IMG/VR virus record: IMGVR_UViG_2885028616_000003
Location: 32,001 to 96,000 of that record
Source of the DNA: a virus
Lineage: Duplodnaviria > Caudoviricetes
Reading direction: 5' to 3' (one strand)
Length of the DNA: 64,000 bases
Shown here: piece after piece, positions 46,296-55,645 of the stretch
Layout: every line of letters begins with the position of its first letter
Numbering within the stretch: the first letter of the stretch is position 1
Made by a program: the position numbers and the translations under genes
The notes under the pieces: model-generated
Told to the model about the DNA's origin: nothing
The model's database searches: none
Seen by the model: the letters and a program-made list of their open reading frames with translations, nothing else

Positions 46296-47249
46296 TCAGC
46301 CTGCCTTCGCTGCTTGTTCGAGGAGCCTGATCCACGACCCGCGCGGGTACCGTTCGCCGCAGCCGGGCTCGGCCGGGTACTCGACCGGCCCCCACTCGGT
46401 CCAGGGACCGCCCGGCCCGTGCACCGTGGCGGCCGGGAAGCCAGCGCACCAGACGGCGGTGGAGGCGTCGGCGCGGACGTGAAGGTCTCCCCCGCAGGCG
46501 CCGCACACCAGGTCCTTGAGGCGGACGATGGGGGCGTCGTAGCCGAGGAAGATCCGGCACGTCGACACCCACCCCCGCACCTGTCGGATGGCGTCGCGGG
46601 CGGTGTCGTCGTCGACGTCCAGGAGCAGCCCGACGCACTCGTGGAGCGCCGCCGAAGGGGCCTTGCGGCCGCCCCAGGTTCGTTCGGCAGCGTGGCGGAG
46701 ATCGCGGCGGAGACGGTCGATACCGCGGCGGATGTCGTCGTACAACTCGACCGCGGACGTGGCGGGGGTCGCGGACTCGAAACCGAGGGAGCGCAGCGGG
46801 TTGAGGGCGCCGTCGCGGTCCCATCCGGGTGACCCGCCGGGGACGGCGGCGCCTCCGGCGACGACACCGAGGCGTGCGGCGGGGCGCTGCTCGGTACGGG
46901 CGTGGACCCACTTCCCGTGCGAGCACCGCAGGCCTTGGCGCGCCGCCCCGCACCGGTCGTCCCAGCCGACGCCGTCGGGGCCGCGGTGAGCACTGGCCCA
47001 CTGGTACACCTTCACCGGCACGGTCGCCTTCGCGGACTTGATGGCGTGGAGCTGGTCGAGGAGGCCGACGTCGCGGGTGCGGTGCCGCGCGTCGGGGTCG
47101 ACGACCGTCACGGTGCGGCCGGCGCCTCGGTTGACGTCCTTGTAGCGGGTGACGGCTTCGTCGGTGGTGACTTCGTCGACGAGCTCGCGGACGAGCTGGG
47201 CGAGTTCCTCGGCCGGGCTGGTCGGGATGGTGGCGGCGGGTTCTGTCAA
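46296..47249 (-). CDS. Phage protein with C-terminal Zn ribbon (possible late regulator)
   Basis: 'GLLDQL', 'CGACGG', 'GCGERY'. Last gene of the middle operon. Confidence 0.7.
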   Translation of the reverse strand: MTEPAATIPTSPAEELAQLVRELVDEVTTDEAVTRYKDVNRGAGRTVTVVDPDARHRTRDVGLLDQLHAIKSAKATVPVKVYQWASAHRGPDGVGWDDRCGAARQGLRCSHGKWVHARTEQRPAARLGVVAGGAAVPGGSPGWDRDGALNPLRSLGFESATPATSAVELYDDIRRGIDRLRRDLRHAAERTWGGRKAPSAALHECVGLLLDVDDDTARDAIRQVRGWVSTCRIFLGYDAPIVRLKDLVCGACGGDLHVRADASTAVWCAGFPAATVHGPGGPWTEWGPVEYPAEPGCGERYPRGSWIRLLEQAAKAG

Positions 47250-47288
47250 TGCGGGCTCCCCTCGGCGGCGGGCGGTGGTCGAGCGGGG

Positions 47289-47888
47289 TTAGGGACGCCA
47301 TTCGGGCCGGTAGCCGGGCTGGTCTGCGTAGATCGCGGCCAGCTCCAGCAGTTCGCGGGGCGGTCGCTCCATCCGGCGGTGCCTCTCGGCGGCCTTCTCT
47401 GGTGGGAGGCGGCGACGCCAGTAGGACTCTTCGATGTAGTCGAACCGCTCCCAGCCGTCCCGGCCCTCTTCGACGTTCCGTTCCCATGAGGGGTCCGGCT
47501 TGCCGTCAGGACCGTCCGGCGGCTCGTCGGCTTCGTCCCACGCTTTCCGCGGGCCCTCGGTGGTCTCGTACTCGTAGTCCGGGTGCGCACAGCGGGCGTG
47601 TAGCTCGGCGTCGGTTTCGGTGGGGCGGTTGATCCACCAGTCGTGGCGGTCGAGGACGGCTCGCTTGTGGGCGACCTCGGCCAGCACCCGGCGGGGAACT
47701 GCGGTGGCGCGGATCAGGTTGGCGGCGTCGGTGGCGATGCGGGCGCACAGCGGGTGGGTTCGGTCGTCCAGCCAGGCTGCGTCTTCGAACCCGCCGTCCT
47801 GGCCACCGTCGTCAGCGATCGCCGCTCGGGCGATGCGCTCGTCCCGGTCCAGTTGGGCCCGCAGGAACTTCACCAGGGGCTCGTTCAT
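47289..47888 (-). CDS. DUF6221 family protein
   Basis: 'FLRAQLDRDE', 'PRRVLAEVAHKRAV', 'LAAIYADQPGYRPEWRP'. Confidence 0.88.
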   Translation of the reverse strand: MNEPLVKFLRAQLDRDERIARAAIADDGGQDGGFEDAAWLDDRTHPLCARIATDAANLIRATAVPRRVLAEVAHKRAVLDRHDWWINRPTETDAELHARCAHPDYEYETTEGPRKAWDEADEPPDGPDGKPDPSWERNVEEGRDGWERFDYIEESYWRRRLPPEKAAERHRRMERPPRELLELAAIYADQPGYRPEWRP

Positions 47889-48166
47889 TGGTGCTGGTCC
47901 TTCAGGTAGCCGGGGTGGGCGAGGGTGAGGTGCGCTCGTAGGACGGTCTCGACGCGCCGGGCCTGGGCTGTGGCCAGCTTGCAGGCCATGGCGGTGAGCG
48001 CCTGGTCGAGGTTCTCGGGTGTGAAGTTGATGGGGAGCGGGATCGGGCCGGACGGTTCGAGGCCGGGCCGCTCGTCCCAATGCCAGCGGCACCTGGTGAC
48101 CGGGCAGTGGTAGCGGACGGTGCCGCTTCCGAGCGGGCGGGTGAGTTCAGCGACCGGAACCTTCAT
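47885..48166 (-). CDS. Small Cys/His protein
   Basis: 'YHCPVTRCRW...HLTLAH'. Confidence 0.65.
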   Translation of the reverse strand: MKVPVAELTRPLGSGTVRYHCPVTRCRWHWDERPGLEPSGPIPLPINFTPENLDQALTAMACKLATAQARRVETVLRAHLTLAHPGYLKDQHQ

Positions 48167-48233
48167 GATCCTTCTCTCCCGGAGGTGAAGGAACCTGACC
48201 CGACGCAGGTCAGGACGGTGCGCGCTCTCGGGG

Positions 48234-48614
48234 TCACGGCTTGATCCCCATGTCGTTGCGGGTGGCCCACTGCGCGCGCTGTTCGCTGAACACCTTCATG
48301 ACCCGCTCGCGGTCCCAGCCCTCCACGCGGAGGAACGGCACGTGGCGGCCGGTTTTGCCCCACTCGTGGCGGGCGTAGTTCGGGTGCCCGTCGAAGGTCC
48401 GGCGGTCGGAGGTCACGACCGGGTCGGGGCCGTGCTGCCCCTGCGGGTGCCACCACAGGGTCCACCAGTCCCGCACCTCCAGCGGCCCGTCGTGGACCTC
48501 GTACTCCTCGAAGTCCTCGCCGAGCTCGAAGTCGCGGGCGTCCTCCGGGCGGGTGAACACGGCTTCGATCCGGTAGTCGGAGTAGCTGCCGGAGGTGGCG
48601 ATCCAGACCTTCAC
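48234..48614 (-). CDS. Hypothetical phage protein
   Basis: 'VWIATSGSYSDYRIEAVF'. GTG start overlaps the upstream stop. Confidence 0.7.
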   Translation of the reverse strand: MKVWIATSGSYSDYRIEAVFTRPEDARDFELGEDFEEYEVHDGPLEVRDWWTLWWHPQGQHGPDPVVTSDRRTFDGHPNYARHEWGKTGRHVPFLRVEGWDRERVMKVFSEQRAQWATRNDMGIKP

Positions 48615-49276
48615 GGTGCCTCCAGCTCGACTATCTCTGGGCCGTGCTCGCTCTGCCACTCGTACGGCTGGCCGACGAGCTGTCGCGCGGCTTCCGTGGC
48701 CGCCGGGCTGGACGCGAACTCGGGAGGCATGTCCGTCCGCTTGAGCTTCGCGTGGCGCCCGTCTGGGTGCCACCAGACGATCCCCTCGTACGGGCGGGCG
48801 AGGAGCCAAAGGGCGAGGCCGTCGAAGTCGAGCGGGACGTCTCCGAGGTCGTGCGCGCCGTGCGGGATCAGGACGTGCGCCTCGAACCCCTCAGGGTTCC
48901 GGTTGATCTTCGGGCCGCACAGCTCGTAGGTGCCGGGCTCGAACCGGTGCCCGTCCTCATACAGGGCCGGGTTAAGCGCCTCGGCGTGGATCTTGGCGTA
49001 CGAGGTGTCCTCGATCGGGAGCCACCCCGTCCGCTTCCCCGTCCGGTCATCGACCTGCACGAGAGAAAAGTTCGGCGGCGGGGTCTTGCCCGGCTTGACC
49101 TCGCGGCGGCCGTGCCACCGACCGCCTGCGTCCAGCAGCGTGCACGTCCCGTCGAGCTTGCGCGTCGCGCGGCCTTCGCCGGCGAACACCCAGGCGCAGT
49201 CGGGGTTGGGTTCGCGGGTGACGCGGGAGCGGTCGTTCTCCCAGTCCCGGATGAAGATCGTCGGCATCTTACGCAT
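48611..49276 (-). CDS. RNA ligase-like nucleotidyltransferase (DUF5565-like)
   Basis: Motif I 'ATRKLDGT', 'GTYELCGPKINRNP', 'EGIVW', 'AKLK'. Confidence 0.8.
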   Translation of the reverse strand: MRKMPTIFIRDWENDRSRVTREPNPDCAWVFAGEGRATRKLDGTCTLLDAGGRWHGRREVKPGKTPPPNFSLVQVDDRTGKRTGWLPIEDTSYAKIHAEALNPALYEDGHRFEPGTYELCGPKINRNPEGFEAHVLIPHGAHDLGDVPLDFDGLALWLLARPYEGIVWWHPDGRHAKLKRTDMPPEFASSPAATEAARQLVGQPYEWQSEHGPEIVELEAP

Positions 49277-49517
49277 GTCGTGCTCCGTTCTCGGTGGGTG
49301 TCCCGGCCGGGATCGTCTCGACGCGGTACGTGGGGTCGCCGGTGCCGGTGTACGTGGGCGTGAGGTTGCTCATCAGCGTGTGGGTGTGCTCCTCGCAGTA
49401 CGGTCCGCAGCGCTTCCGGTCGGTCCCGTCCGGGCCGACCAGTACGACCTGCCGCGGGCCGTGCGGCTGGCCGCAGCCGGACCGGCGGCAGTCGGCGGAG
49501 TCCTCGGTGAGCGTCAT
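49269..49517 (-). CDS. Small Cys-rich protein
   Basis: 'CRRSGC...YCEEH'. Confidence 0.55.
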   Translation of the reverse strand: MTLTEDSADCRRSGCGQPHGPRQVVLVGPDGTDRKRCGPYCEEHTHTLMSNLTPTYTGTGDPTYRVETIPAGTPTENGARHA

Positions 49518-49873
49518 CGGGTCGAGTCCTTTCGCGCCGCGGCGAGGATGCGGAGGACCTCGGCGGCCGCCTGGTCGCGGTCGATGACGGGCTCTGCGCT
49601 GATGAGCCATCCGGGCGGGTGGATCGGGTCGCAGCCACCGGCGGCGGCCGCTCCGGCGGGCACGGGTTGCCGGTCGAGGGCGTGGACGCGGTCGGGCGCG
49701 AGCGGCGGCGTGCGGTCGTCATGGTCGAGCCCGACCTCCGAGGCGGCGGGCTGCCACACGGGTCTGGCGGGCAGGCAGTTGGTGCAGCCGCGGCCCCTGC
49801 ACTCGGCGCAGTAGTCGTCGAGCGCCTGGAGGAGGCCGGGGTCCTCGTCGAAGATGTAGAGGGTCGGCTTCAT
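49514..49873 (-). CDS. Hypothetical protein with CxxCxGxGCxxC
   Basis: GGAGG RBS, coupled overlaps. Confidence 0.6.
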   Translation of the reverse strand: MKPTLYIFDEDPGLLQALDDYCAECRGRGCTNCLPARPVWQPAASEVGLDHDDRTPPLAPDRVHALDRQPVPAGAAAAGGCDPIHPPGWLISAEPVIDRDQAAAEVLRILAAARKDSTR

Positions 49874-50637
49874 CCGTTCGCCTCCTGGATGATGCACGCG
49901 GCCATCTGGACCATCGCGCCGACGTGCGCCGGGATCGCCTCGTCCGGGACGGCCTTCACCAGCGCGGTGAACGCGTCGCGGTCGCCATTGGCCCGCGCGG
50001 CGATGAGTCGGCACGCCCACTGCTCTGTGATCGGGACACCGGCGTCGGTGGTCTGGACCCGGCCGGTTTCGGTGTCCAGCCATGACAGTCCGACCGGGCC
50101 GTCTCGGACGGGCATGACCTCCAGGGCGGCGTCGCACCAGTGCATGAGGGCGGTGGTGATGCCTGCCATGCCGTGGTCGTTCTGGAGCTGGTTGAGGGCG
50201 CGGTTGGTTGCGCTGCGGTCGCCGGCGCGCATGGCATCCAGCGCGGCCGAGGCGGCGTGTTGAATCCCCAGGTCGGCGCTCGCTGCGTCGGTCCCTTCGG
50301 TCAGCTCGTACCGCTCACCGCGCACCACTGCGACGCCGGGCTCGATCTCGGCGTCCCGGAGTTCGAAGAGGTGCCAGACGAGGCCCTCGCGGGTGCGGGG
50401 CGCGGTTCCCCGCCACAGTGCGCAGGGCGGGATGGGCTGCCCGGTGCCGAACACCTGGAAGGTGAACGGGAGCGGCCGGTGGGCGTACTCGTCGGAGTGC
50501 AGCGCCCAGAACTCGACCTCGCTGGCGGTGGCGGACAGGTGGAGCGGTCCCAATTCGGCGGCGCGGCCGGGCGCCAGTTCGATCGTGTGGGGCTTGTCGT
50601 CGACGGGGACGACGTACCGGTACATCCGCTCAGCCAT
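49870..50637 (-). CDS. Hypothetical two-domain phage protein
   Basis: 'FQVFGTGQPIP...LVWHLFE' N-terminal domain. Confidence 0.7.
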   Translation of the reverse strand: MAERMYRYVVPVDDKPHTIELAPGRAAELGPLHLSATASEVEFWALHSDEYAHRPLPFTFQVFGTGQPIPPCALWRGTAPRTREGLVWHLFELRDAEIEPGVAVVRGERYELTEGTDAASADLGIQHAASAALDAMRAGDRSATNRALNQLQNDHGMAGITTALMHWCDAALEVMPVRDGPVGLSWLDTETGRVQTTDAGVPITEQWACRLIAARANGDRDAFTALVKAVPDEAIPAHVGAMVQMAACIIQEANG

Positions 50638-50932
50638 GGTCGTCCTTCTTCGGGGTGGTGCAGCCGCAGCAGCACCAGGTGCGGTCGACGCCGCGGCGCT
50701 CGCCGTGTTCGTTCAATGGCCGGGCTGGGTGTGCGGCGAGCCGAGCCAGCAGCCCCTCGAGGGCGTCGGTTGGGAGGTCGAGCAGGACGGTGTCGATGGG
50801 GCCGGGCTGGGTGATGCAGGCGTGGGCGATGCCGTGGTCGGCGCACGCCTTGCAGAGCGGGCAGAACCCGCCGCCGACGCTGGCGCGGTCGTCGAGCGCG
50901 GCCGCGGTGGCGGGGATGGTGTGGTCGGGCAT
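50630..50932 (-). CDS. Cys-rich hypothetical protein
   Basis: ORF fills a gap in the operon. Confidence 0.55.
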   Translation of the reverse strand: MPDHTIPATAAALDDRASVGGGFCPLCKACADHGIAHACITQPGPIDTVLLDLPTDALEGLLARLAAHPARPLNEHGERRGVDRTWCCCGCTTPKKDDHG

Positions 50933-50934
50933 GG

Positions 50935-51411
50935 TCAGCCCCAGTAGGAGACGAGGAGCCACGCGGGCTCGGGCTGCTTGGGTGTGAGGCCGAGGGCGCG
51001 GAGCGCGGCGGTGAGCTTGTCGTCCAAGCCGTTCTCGCTGGGCAGTCGGGCGAGTTCGTCGAGGTTGAGGAGCTTGCAGTCGCCTCGGTGCACGGTGATC
51101 ACGTGCGCGGCGATCGTGTAGATCGGGTAGTCACCCGAGCAGTAAGTCTCGAACTCGACGCCGAGCGCCTTCTTGGCCGCGCGCTCGCGGCCGAAGTAGC
51201 CGTCACGGCCGTCTTCGTAGGTCTCGGTGAACCCGGCCGCCTTGAGGAGGTGCTTCTCGGCGGCGTCGATGAAGTCGTCGTCGCCTTCTTCGTCGAACCA
51301 GTCGAGTTGGAGTTCGCCGTACTTGCCATTGGCTTCCTCGACGAGCCAGTCGATCTCGCCGCCGCCGAGGTTGTAGCCGTAGACGAGCACGGCGTTGGTG
51401 GACTGTCCCAT
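50935..51411 (-). CDS. Hypothetical phage protein
   Basis: 'MGQSTNAVLVYGYNLGG...WLLVSYWG'. AAGGA RBS. Confidence 0.75.
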   Translation of the reverse strand: MGQSTNAVLVYGYNLGGGEIDWLVEEANGKYGELQLDWFDEEGDDDFIDAAEKHLLKAAGFTETYEDGRDGYFGRERAAKKALGVEFETYCSGDYPIYTIAAHVITVHRGDCKLLNLDELARLPSENGLDDKLTAALRALGLTPKQPEPAWLLVSYWG

Positions 51412-51429
51412 AGTCAGGGTTCCTTTCGG

Positions 51430-52140
51430 TCAGGCGGCGGGGTTGCCGGGGGCGAGGGCGCGGAGGACGGGCGGGACGAGCTGCGGGACGACCTGCCGCT
51501 GCTCGGGTGAGAGGTTGAGGCCGTCGAGGATCTGCCGGATGGCGCCCGCGAGCTGCTCGCCCTGCTGCTCGGCGACGCGGACGTGGCGTTCGGCGATGCC
51601 CATGTCGTGCGCGGCCTTCGCGTACTTCACGACCCGGTCGCGTTCCTGTCCCTCGAGGAGCACGAGTCCGCGGATGGCTTCCCCGGATGCGAAGATCCCG
51701 TGTTCCTTGTCGGCGCTGTAGGTGTGGCCGATGAGGCCGGCGCCTTCTCCCACTGGGGGCGCGCCCTTGCCGTAGGGGTCGCCTGTCTCTTCGCGGTCTT
51801 CCTGCGCTTGGAGGACCTGCTCCTCGAGGAGGCCGGCGTAGAAGTTCGCGCGGAAAACTGCCAGGTTCAGCATGCCGATGACGGCTTGGGCGGGGTCGAC
51901 GGCGGGCTGTCCGTAGGTGGCGGACCAGGCGTCCATGGCTGCGCCTTGGACTTCGGCGAGTTCGAGGGTGACGCCGGCGTGGTTGCGGCAGCGGTCGAGG
52001 CCGGTGACTGCTGGGCTGTGGCAGCGGCCTCCGCCGCGTGATTGCTTGCGGTTCTTGATGCACTCCCAGCGTTGGTGTTCGTCGCACCAGTGGGCGCCGC
52101 CGTTCCGGACGCGAGGCGGGGGCGTGTCCTGGTCGCTCAC
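51430..52140 (-). CDS. Putative terminase small subunit-like protein (HGGxSTG-type Cys/His N-domain)
   Basis: 'C..PAVTGLDRCRNHAG', 'ERDRVVKYAKAAHDMGIAERHVRVAE'. Confidence 0.55.
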   Translation of the reverse strand: MSDQDTPPPRVRNGGAHWCDEHQRWECIKNRKQSRGGGRCHSPAVTGLDRCRNHAGVTLELAEVQGAAMDAWSATYGQPAVDPAQAVIGMLNLAVFRANFYAGLLEEQVLQAQEDREETGDPYGKGAPPVGEGAGLIGHTYSADKEHGIFASGEAIRGLVLLEGQERDRVVKYAKAAHDMGIAERHVRVAEQQGEQLAGAIRQILDGLNLSPEQRQVVPQLVPPVLRALAPGNPAA

Positions 52141-52667
52141 CGAATCCCCCCTTCGCTTTCCGGAGTCATCCTGTCGCTATGCGTGACTTCCTTGGACATG
52201 CGAACGTCAGCGGCGCCGTTCTCGTTCCCCTCCACCGGGTCGAGGCGGCGGCCGCACCTTTGGCAGCGCGGCCCGGCCACGAAGGGTTCGGTGAAGCCCC
52301 AGGCGACCACTTCGATGAGGCCGTGGTCCGGCCCGGGGTCGTGACCGAGCGCATCGCATTCCGCAGCGGCGATGCGGTCGGCGAAGGCCTGCGCATCGTC
52401 GTGGCGGTGCTGTTCGCTGGCGGCTTCGAGCGCGGCCAGGGCCGGGCCCACATCTGGCGCCAGGGTGGGCGGCCGATCGGGGCGTCGAGCCCGCGACCCT
52501 ACCCAGAGGCCCAGTGGCACGGCAGGTGCTCCGAGCAGGACACCGGCGACGCTTCCTACGATTACGCCGAGGAAGACGGCGGTGAGCGTGGCCGTGATGC
52601 TGGCGGTGATGGTGACCGCTGCGGCGGTCAGCGCACCGTAGACAAACCGCCTGGGTGTGGCGGTCAC
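52137..52667 (-). CDS. Membrane protein with C-terminal Zn motif
   Basis: Hydrophobic N-terminus, 'CQRCG'. Confidence 0.6.
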   Translation of the reverse strand: MTATPRRFVYGALTAAAVTITASITATLTAVFLGVIVGSVAGVLLGAPAVPLGLWVGSRARRPDRPPTLAPDVGPALAALEAASEQHRHDDAQAFADRIAAAECDALGHDPGPDHGLIEVVAWGFTEPFVAGPRCQRCGRRLDPVEGNENGAADVRMSKEVTHSDRMTPESEGGIR

Positions 52668-52966
52668 TTGGCCTCCTGGGTACGGAGTTTGTCGATCAGG
52701 TCGCGCGGTGGGCGCGGTGCGGGTGCTCCTCCGCGGGCGAGGCGCCGGAGCACGCGGTCGTATCGGCGGACGGCCCGGTCGGGGCCGGTCGCGGTGATCA
52801 GGTGGAGGCGGAGGAGCCATCCGCCGTCGTGCTCGGTGTCGACGGTGAGACCGCACGCTCGGGCGGTGAGGGCGAGACGTCGGGGCGCGTACCGGGTCCA
52901 GGGCCAGGACCAGACGGCGTGGGTCAGGGACGGCATCGCCATCGGGAGATCGGGGTTGCTAGGCAT
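52664..52966 (-). CDS. Hypothetical protein
   Basis: Coupled overlaps. Confidence 0.6.
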   Translation of the reverse strand: MPSNPDLPMAMPSLTHAVWSWPWTRYAPRRLALTARACGLTVDTEHDGGWLLRLHLITATGPDRAVRRYDRVLRRLARGGAPAPRPPRDLIDKLRTQEAK

Positions 52967-53462
52967 CGGCGGCTCCCTCGATCGCCTTGTTGAGCATGTT
53001 CATCTGGGTGGCGTAGAAGGCGAGCGCCATGTTCTCGGCGGCGTCTTCGGACCAGCCGTCGGCGATGAGCTGGGTTCGGTAGCCGCGCGCGGCTTCGTCG
53101 AGCGGGGCGAGGTTCTCTCTGAATTCAGCCAGGTTCTGCGCGAACATGTGCGGCAGGTCCTTATCGGGCTCGGCCTCGTCCGGCTCCTCGGGTCGGCCAG
53201 TGGGCCCCTGGTCTCGTCGCGCCAGCCAGATCATGAGGACGACCACGGTGAGGCCGATGACGATCGCGGCCAGCATGAGGATGTCCAGCACATCCAGGAC
53301 TGGCCCCGGTGAAATGGTTCCGGTTTCGAGCAGCATCACGGCCGCGAGGACGAACAGGAACCATATGAGGCTGACGATCCGGCGAGGGGGCGGCCCGGTC
53401 GGTGTAGGGCGGTCGAGGAGCCATTGCCAAGCCCGTCGTGCTCGCGGAGCTGTGGTGTCCAT
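52959..53462 (-). CDS. Membrane protein
   Basis: Two TM segments, AAGGAG RBS. Confidence 0.65.
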   Translation of the reverse strand: MDTTAPRARRAWQWLLDRPTPTGPPPRRIVSLIWFLFVLAAVMLLETGTISPGPVLDVLDILMLAAIVIGLTVVVLMIWLARRDQGPTGRPEEPDEAEPDKDLPHMFAQNLAEFRENLAPLDEAARGYRTQLIADGWSEDAAENMALAFYATQMNMLNKAIEGAADA

Positions 53463-54205
53463 CAGGACTCCTTCGGCGGGGTGTGGTCGAGTGCGGGGCG
53501 GAGGTCGGCGACGGTGATGCCGCGGTCGGCGTCGCGGTTGATGCGGTCGCGGAGCGCGACGAGCTGGGTGTCGTCGACGGTGAGGGCCAGGCGTGCGGCG
53601 TCTTCGGTGGCGTAGGTGCCGGTGAGCCAGCCGCCGTGGTCGGCGATGACGTAGCGGCCGGTGTCGGTGAGGTAGGCGACGCCGTGCTCGGCCATGCGCG
53701 GCGGGCCTGCGGCGGTGGCCTGCGGTTCGAGTGTGGCGCGGGGCACGCCGAGCGCGGAGGCGAGGGCGTCCAGGCTCTCGGGCAGCGGCGCCGTGTCGCC
53801 GGTCTCGATGTTGCGGACGGTCTCGCGGGTCAGCCCGGCGGCCCTGCCGAGTTCGGCGAGCGTCCATCCCCGGGCGGTGCGGAGTTCGTGCACGCGGAGG
53901 CCGGGGCGGGGCGCGGTTCCGGTGAGGGCCGTGTCGAGGCGGTCGGCCCATGCGCGGGTTCCGGGGGTCTTGCGCATGGCGTCGAGCACCTCGCGCACGC
54001 GCTCGACGGCGGCCTCGGCCTGGTCGGCGTACTTGCCGAGCTGCTCGACGGCGTACAGAAGGAGCGGCACGTCCTCCACGTTGATCTGGATCAGGAGGCG
54101 CAGGTCGGGCTCGAACGCTGCCCGCGCGTTGCGGCGCCGCATCTCGGCGATGCGCTCGGCGTCGGGCAGCAGAGGATCTGTGCGGGCCGTTGTCGGCTCG
54201 GTCAT
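53462..54205 (-). CDS. XRE-family HTH domain protein
   Basis: 'LRTARGWTLAELGRAAGLTRETVRNIETG'. Confidence 0.85.
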   Translation of the reverse strand: MTEPTTARTDPLLPDAERIAEMRRRNARAAFEPDLRLLIQINVEDVPLLLYAVEQLGKYADQAEAAVERVREVLDAMRKTPGTRAWADRLDTALTGTAPRPGLRVHELRTARGWTLAELGRAAGLTRETVRNIETGDTAPLPESLDALASALGVPRATLEPQATAAGPPRMAEHGVAYLTDTGRYVIADHGGWLTGTYATEDAARLALTVDDTQLVALRDRINRDADRGITVADLRPALDHTPPKES

Positions 54206-54798
54206 GCCATCACCCACCACGCGATGCCTACGACTCCCCAGATCACGAAGCCGATGAGCGTGGCAGCGAGGGCGCGCTTCAGCCACCGGTCGACGCGGCT
54301 GCGGGCGTCCCGCTCGGCCTCGGTGAGCACCTCCTCTACGACGGGAAGCACGGCGTCGGCGAACCGTGCGCGGTCCTCCGGTAGCAGTTGCGCCCAGGCG
54401 TCGGCCTGTTGGAGCGCTTCGGTGAGCCGCTCGCGCAGGCCACCAGCGGGCGGGCACAGCGCGGCCAGGTCGCCCGCCTTGGCCGGGCGCGGGTCGGTCC
54501 ACTGCGTCCCGTTGGCGTCCTCGTGGACGGGCCCGTCGTGGTCGCGGCGCAGGACGCAGGGGCCGATGTAGGGCACGAGGTAGTGGAACCCGATGCGGCT
54601 GGACGCGCCGCACCGCTCGTGGGGTGCATCGGGGCGGGGCTCGGTCGGCTCGGTCTCGTGGTCCTTGCGGTCGAGCAGGTTCCGCTCCCAGTCGGCGAGG
54701 GGTTCGTCGAGGCATGCGGCGCCGTCCGGGTGGCGGCCGAGGCAGTCGGGGCACACGTTCCAGCGGACCGGCGGTCGGGGCGTGGTCGGCTCAGCCAT
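54202..54798 (-). CDS. Hypothetical protein with C-terminal TM segment
   Basis: 198 aa, coupled overlaps. Confidence 0.6.
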   Translation of the reverse strand: MAEPTTPRPPVRWNVCPDCLGRHPDGAACLDEPLADWERNLLDRKDHETEPTEPRPDAPHERCGASSRIGFHYLVPYIGPCVLRRDHDGPVHEDANGTQWTDPRPAKAGDLAALCPPAGGLRERLTEALQQADAWAQLLPEDRARFADAVLPVVEEVLTEAERDARSRVDRWLKRALAATLIGFVIWGVVGIAWWVMA

Positions 54799-55093
54799 GG
54801 TCGGGCTCCTCGTCTGGGAACTCGCGGTCGCGCTCTGCCTCTACGGACTTGGCGGCGTCACGGAGGAGTGCGGCGAGGTCGGTCATCGCCTGGCGTTCGT
54901 CGCTGAGGCTGATCTGTCCGGTGGCGATGGGGTTGAGGTAGACGCCGTCGTCGATCGCGATCGTGATCTCTTTGCGTGCCGTCGTGCGGGCCGCTGTGGG
55001 CCCCGCGCCCGCCCCGCCTTCTCCATGCCCGCCCGTGGGGCCGTTCGCGGCTGTGGGGGCGTCTGAGGCGCGCGTGGCGGGTGTGTCGCTCAC
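54791..55093 (-). CDS. Hypothetical protein
   Basis: Coupled overlaps. Confidence 0.55.
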   Translation of the reverse strand: MSDTPATRASDAPTAANGPTGGHGEGGAGAGPTAARTTARKEITIAIDDGVYLNPIATGQISLSDERQAMTDLAALLRDAAKSVEAERDREFPDEEPDHG

Positions 55094-55386
55094 CGGGCCT
55101 CCTCGTACGTCTCGGTGAACACGTCATCCGCGCACGGGTAGAACTCTCCCTTGATGCCCCGGATCACCCACTGGCCGGTCTCGACGCCGACCCAGGTGTG
55201 GTGCAGCTTGTCGTACACCTGCGCCGTGTTCGGGGGCGGCGGGAGGTGCTCCAGATGCGGCGGGTAGGGCGTGGGCGGCAGCACCGTGAAACCGCCCTCG
55301 GTGAAGGCGATCAGCTCCATCTCGTTGTGGCCGTCCCAGCGGACGGCCTCGATCTCGACGGGCTTCTTACGGAAACGCTCAGGCAC
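55090..55386 (-). CDS. Widespread small phage protein ('RKKPVEIEA...GEFYPC' family)
   Basis: 'FRKKPVEIEAVRW...GIKGEFYPCADDVFTETYE'. Confidence 0.85.
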   Translation of the reverse strand: MPERFRKKPVEIEAVRWDGHNEMELIAFTEGGFTVLPPTPYPPHLEHLPPPPNTAQVYDKLHHTWVGVETGQWVIRGIKGEFYPCADDVFTETYEEAR

Positions 55387-55645
55387 GGGGCTCTCCTTCG
55401 GGTGGGCGGCGGAGGCGCCGCGGGAACTGGATGACGTCGCGCCGACCATCCGACCGGCGCACGAGGACGTTCCGCGGCCCCGCCTTCACCCGACCGTGCC
55501 AGTGCAGCCAGGACGGGCACGGCGCCGGCGGATGCGCGCGGGAGGTGCCACGCCACTGCGCGAGGACGGTCACGGGCTCGGGCGGGCGCCGGTAGCCGGA
55601 GAGGCGGTCGCCCGGGTCGAGGTAGGTCCGGCCAAGGATGCTCAC
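55379..55645 (-). CDS. Hypothetical protein
   Basis: 'GPRNVLVRRSDG...PRRLRR'. Confidence 0.65.
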   Translation of the reverse strand: MSILGRTYLDPGDRLSGYRRPPEPVTVLAQWRGTSRAHPPAPCPSWLHWHGRVKAGPRNVLVRRSDGRRDVIQFPRRLRRPPEGEPRA

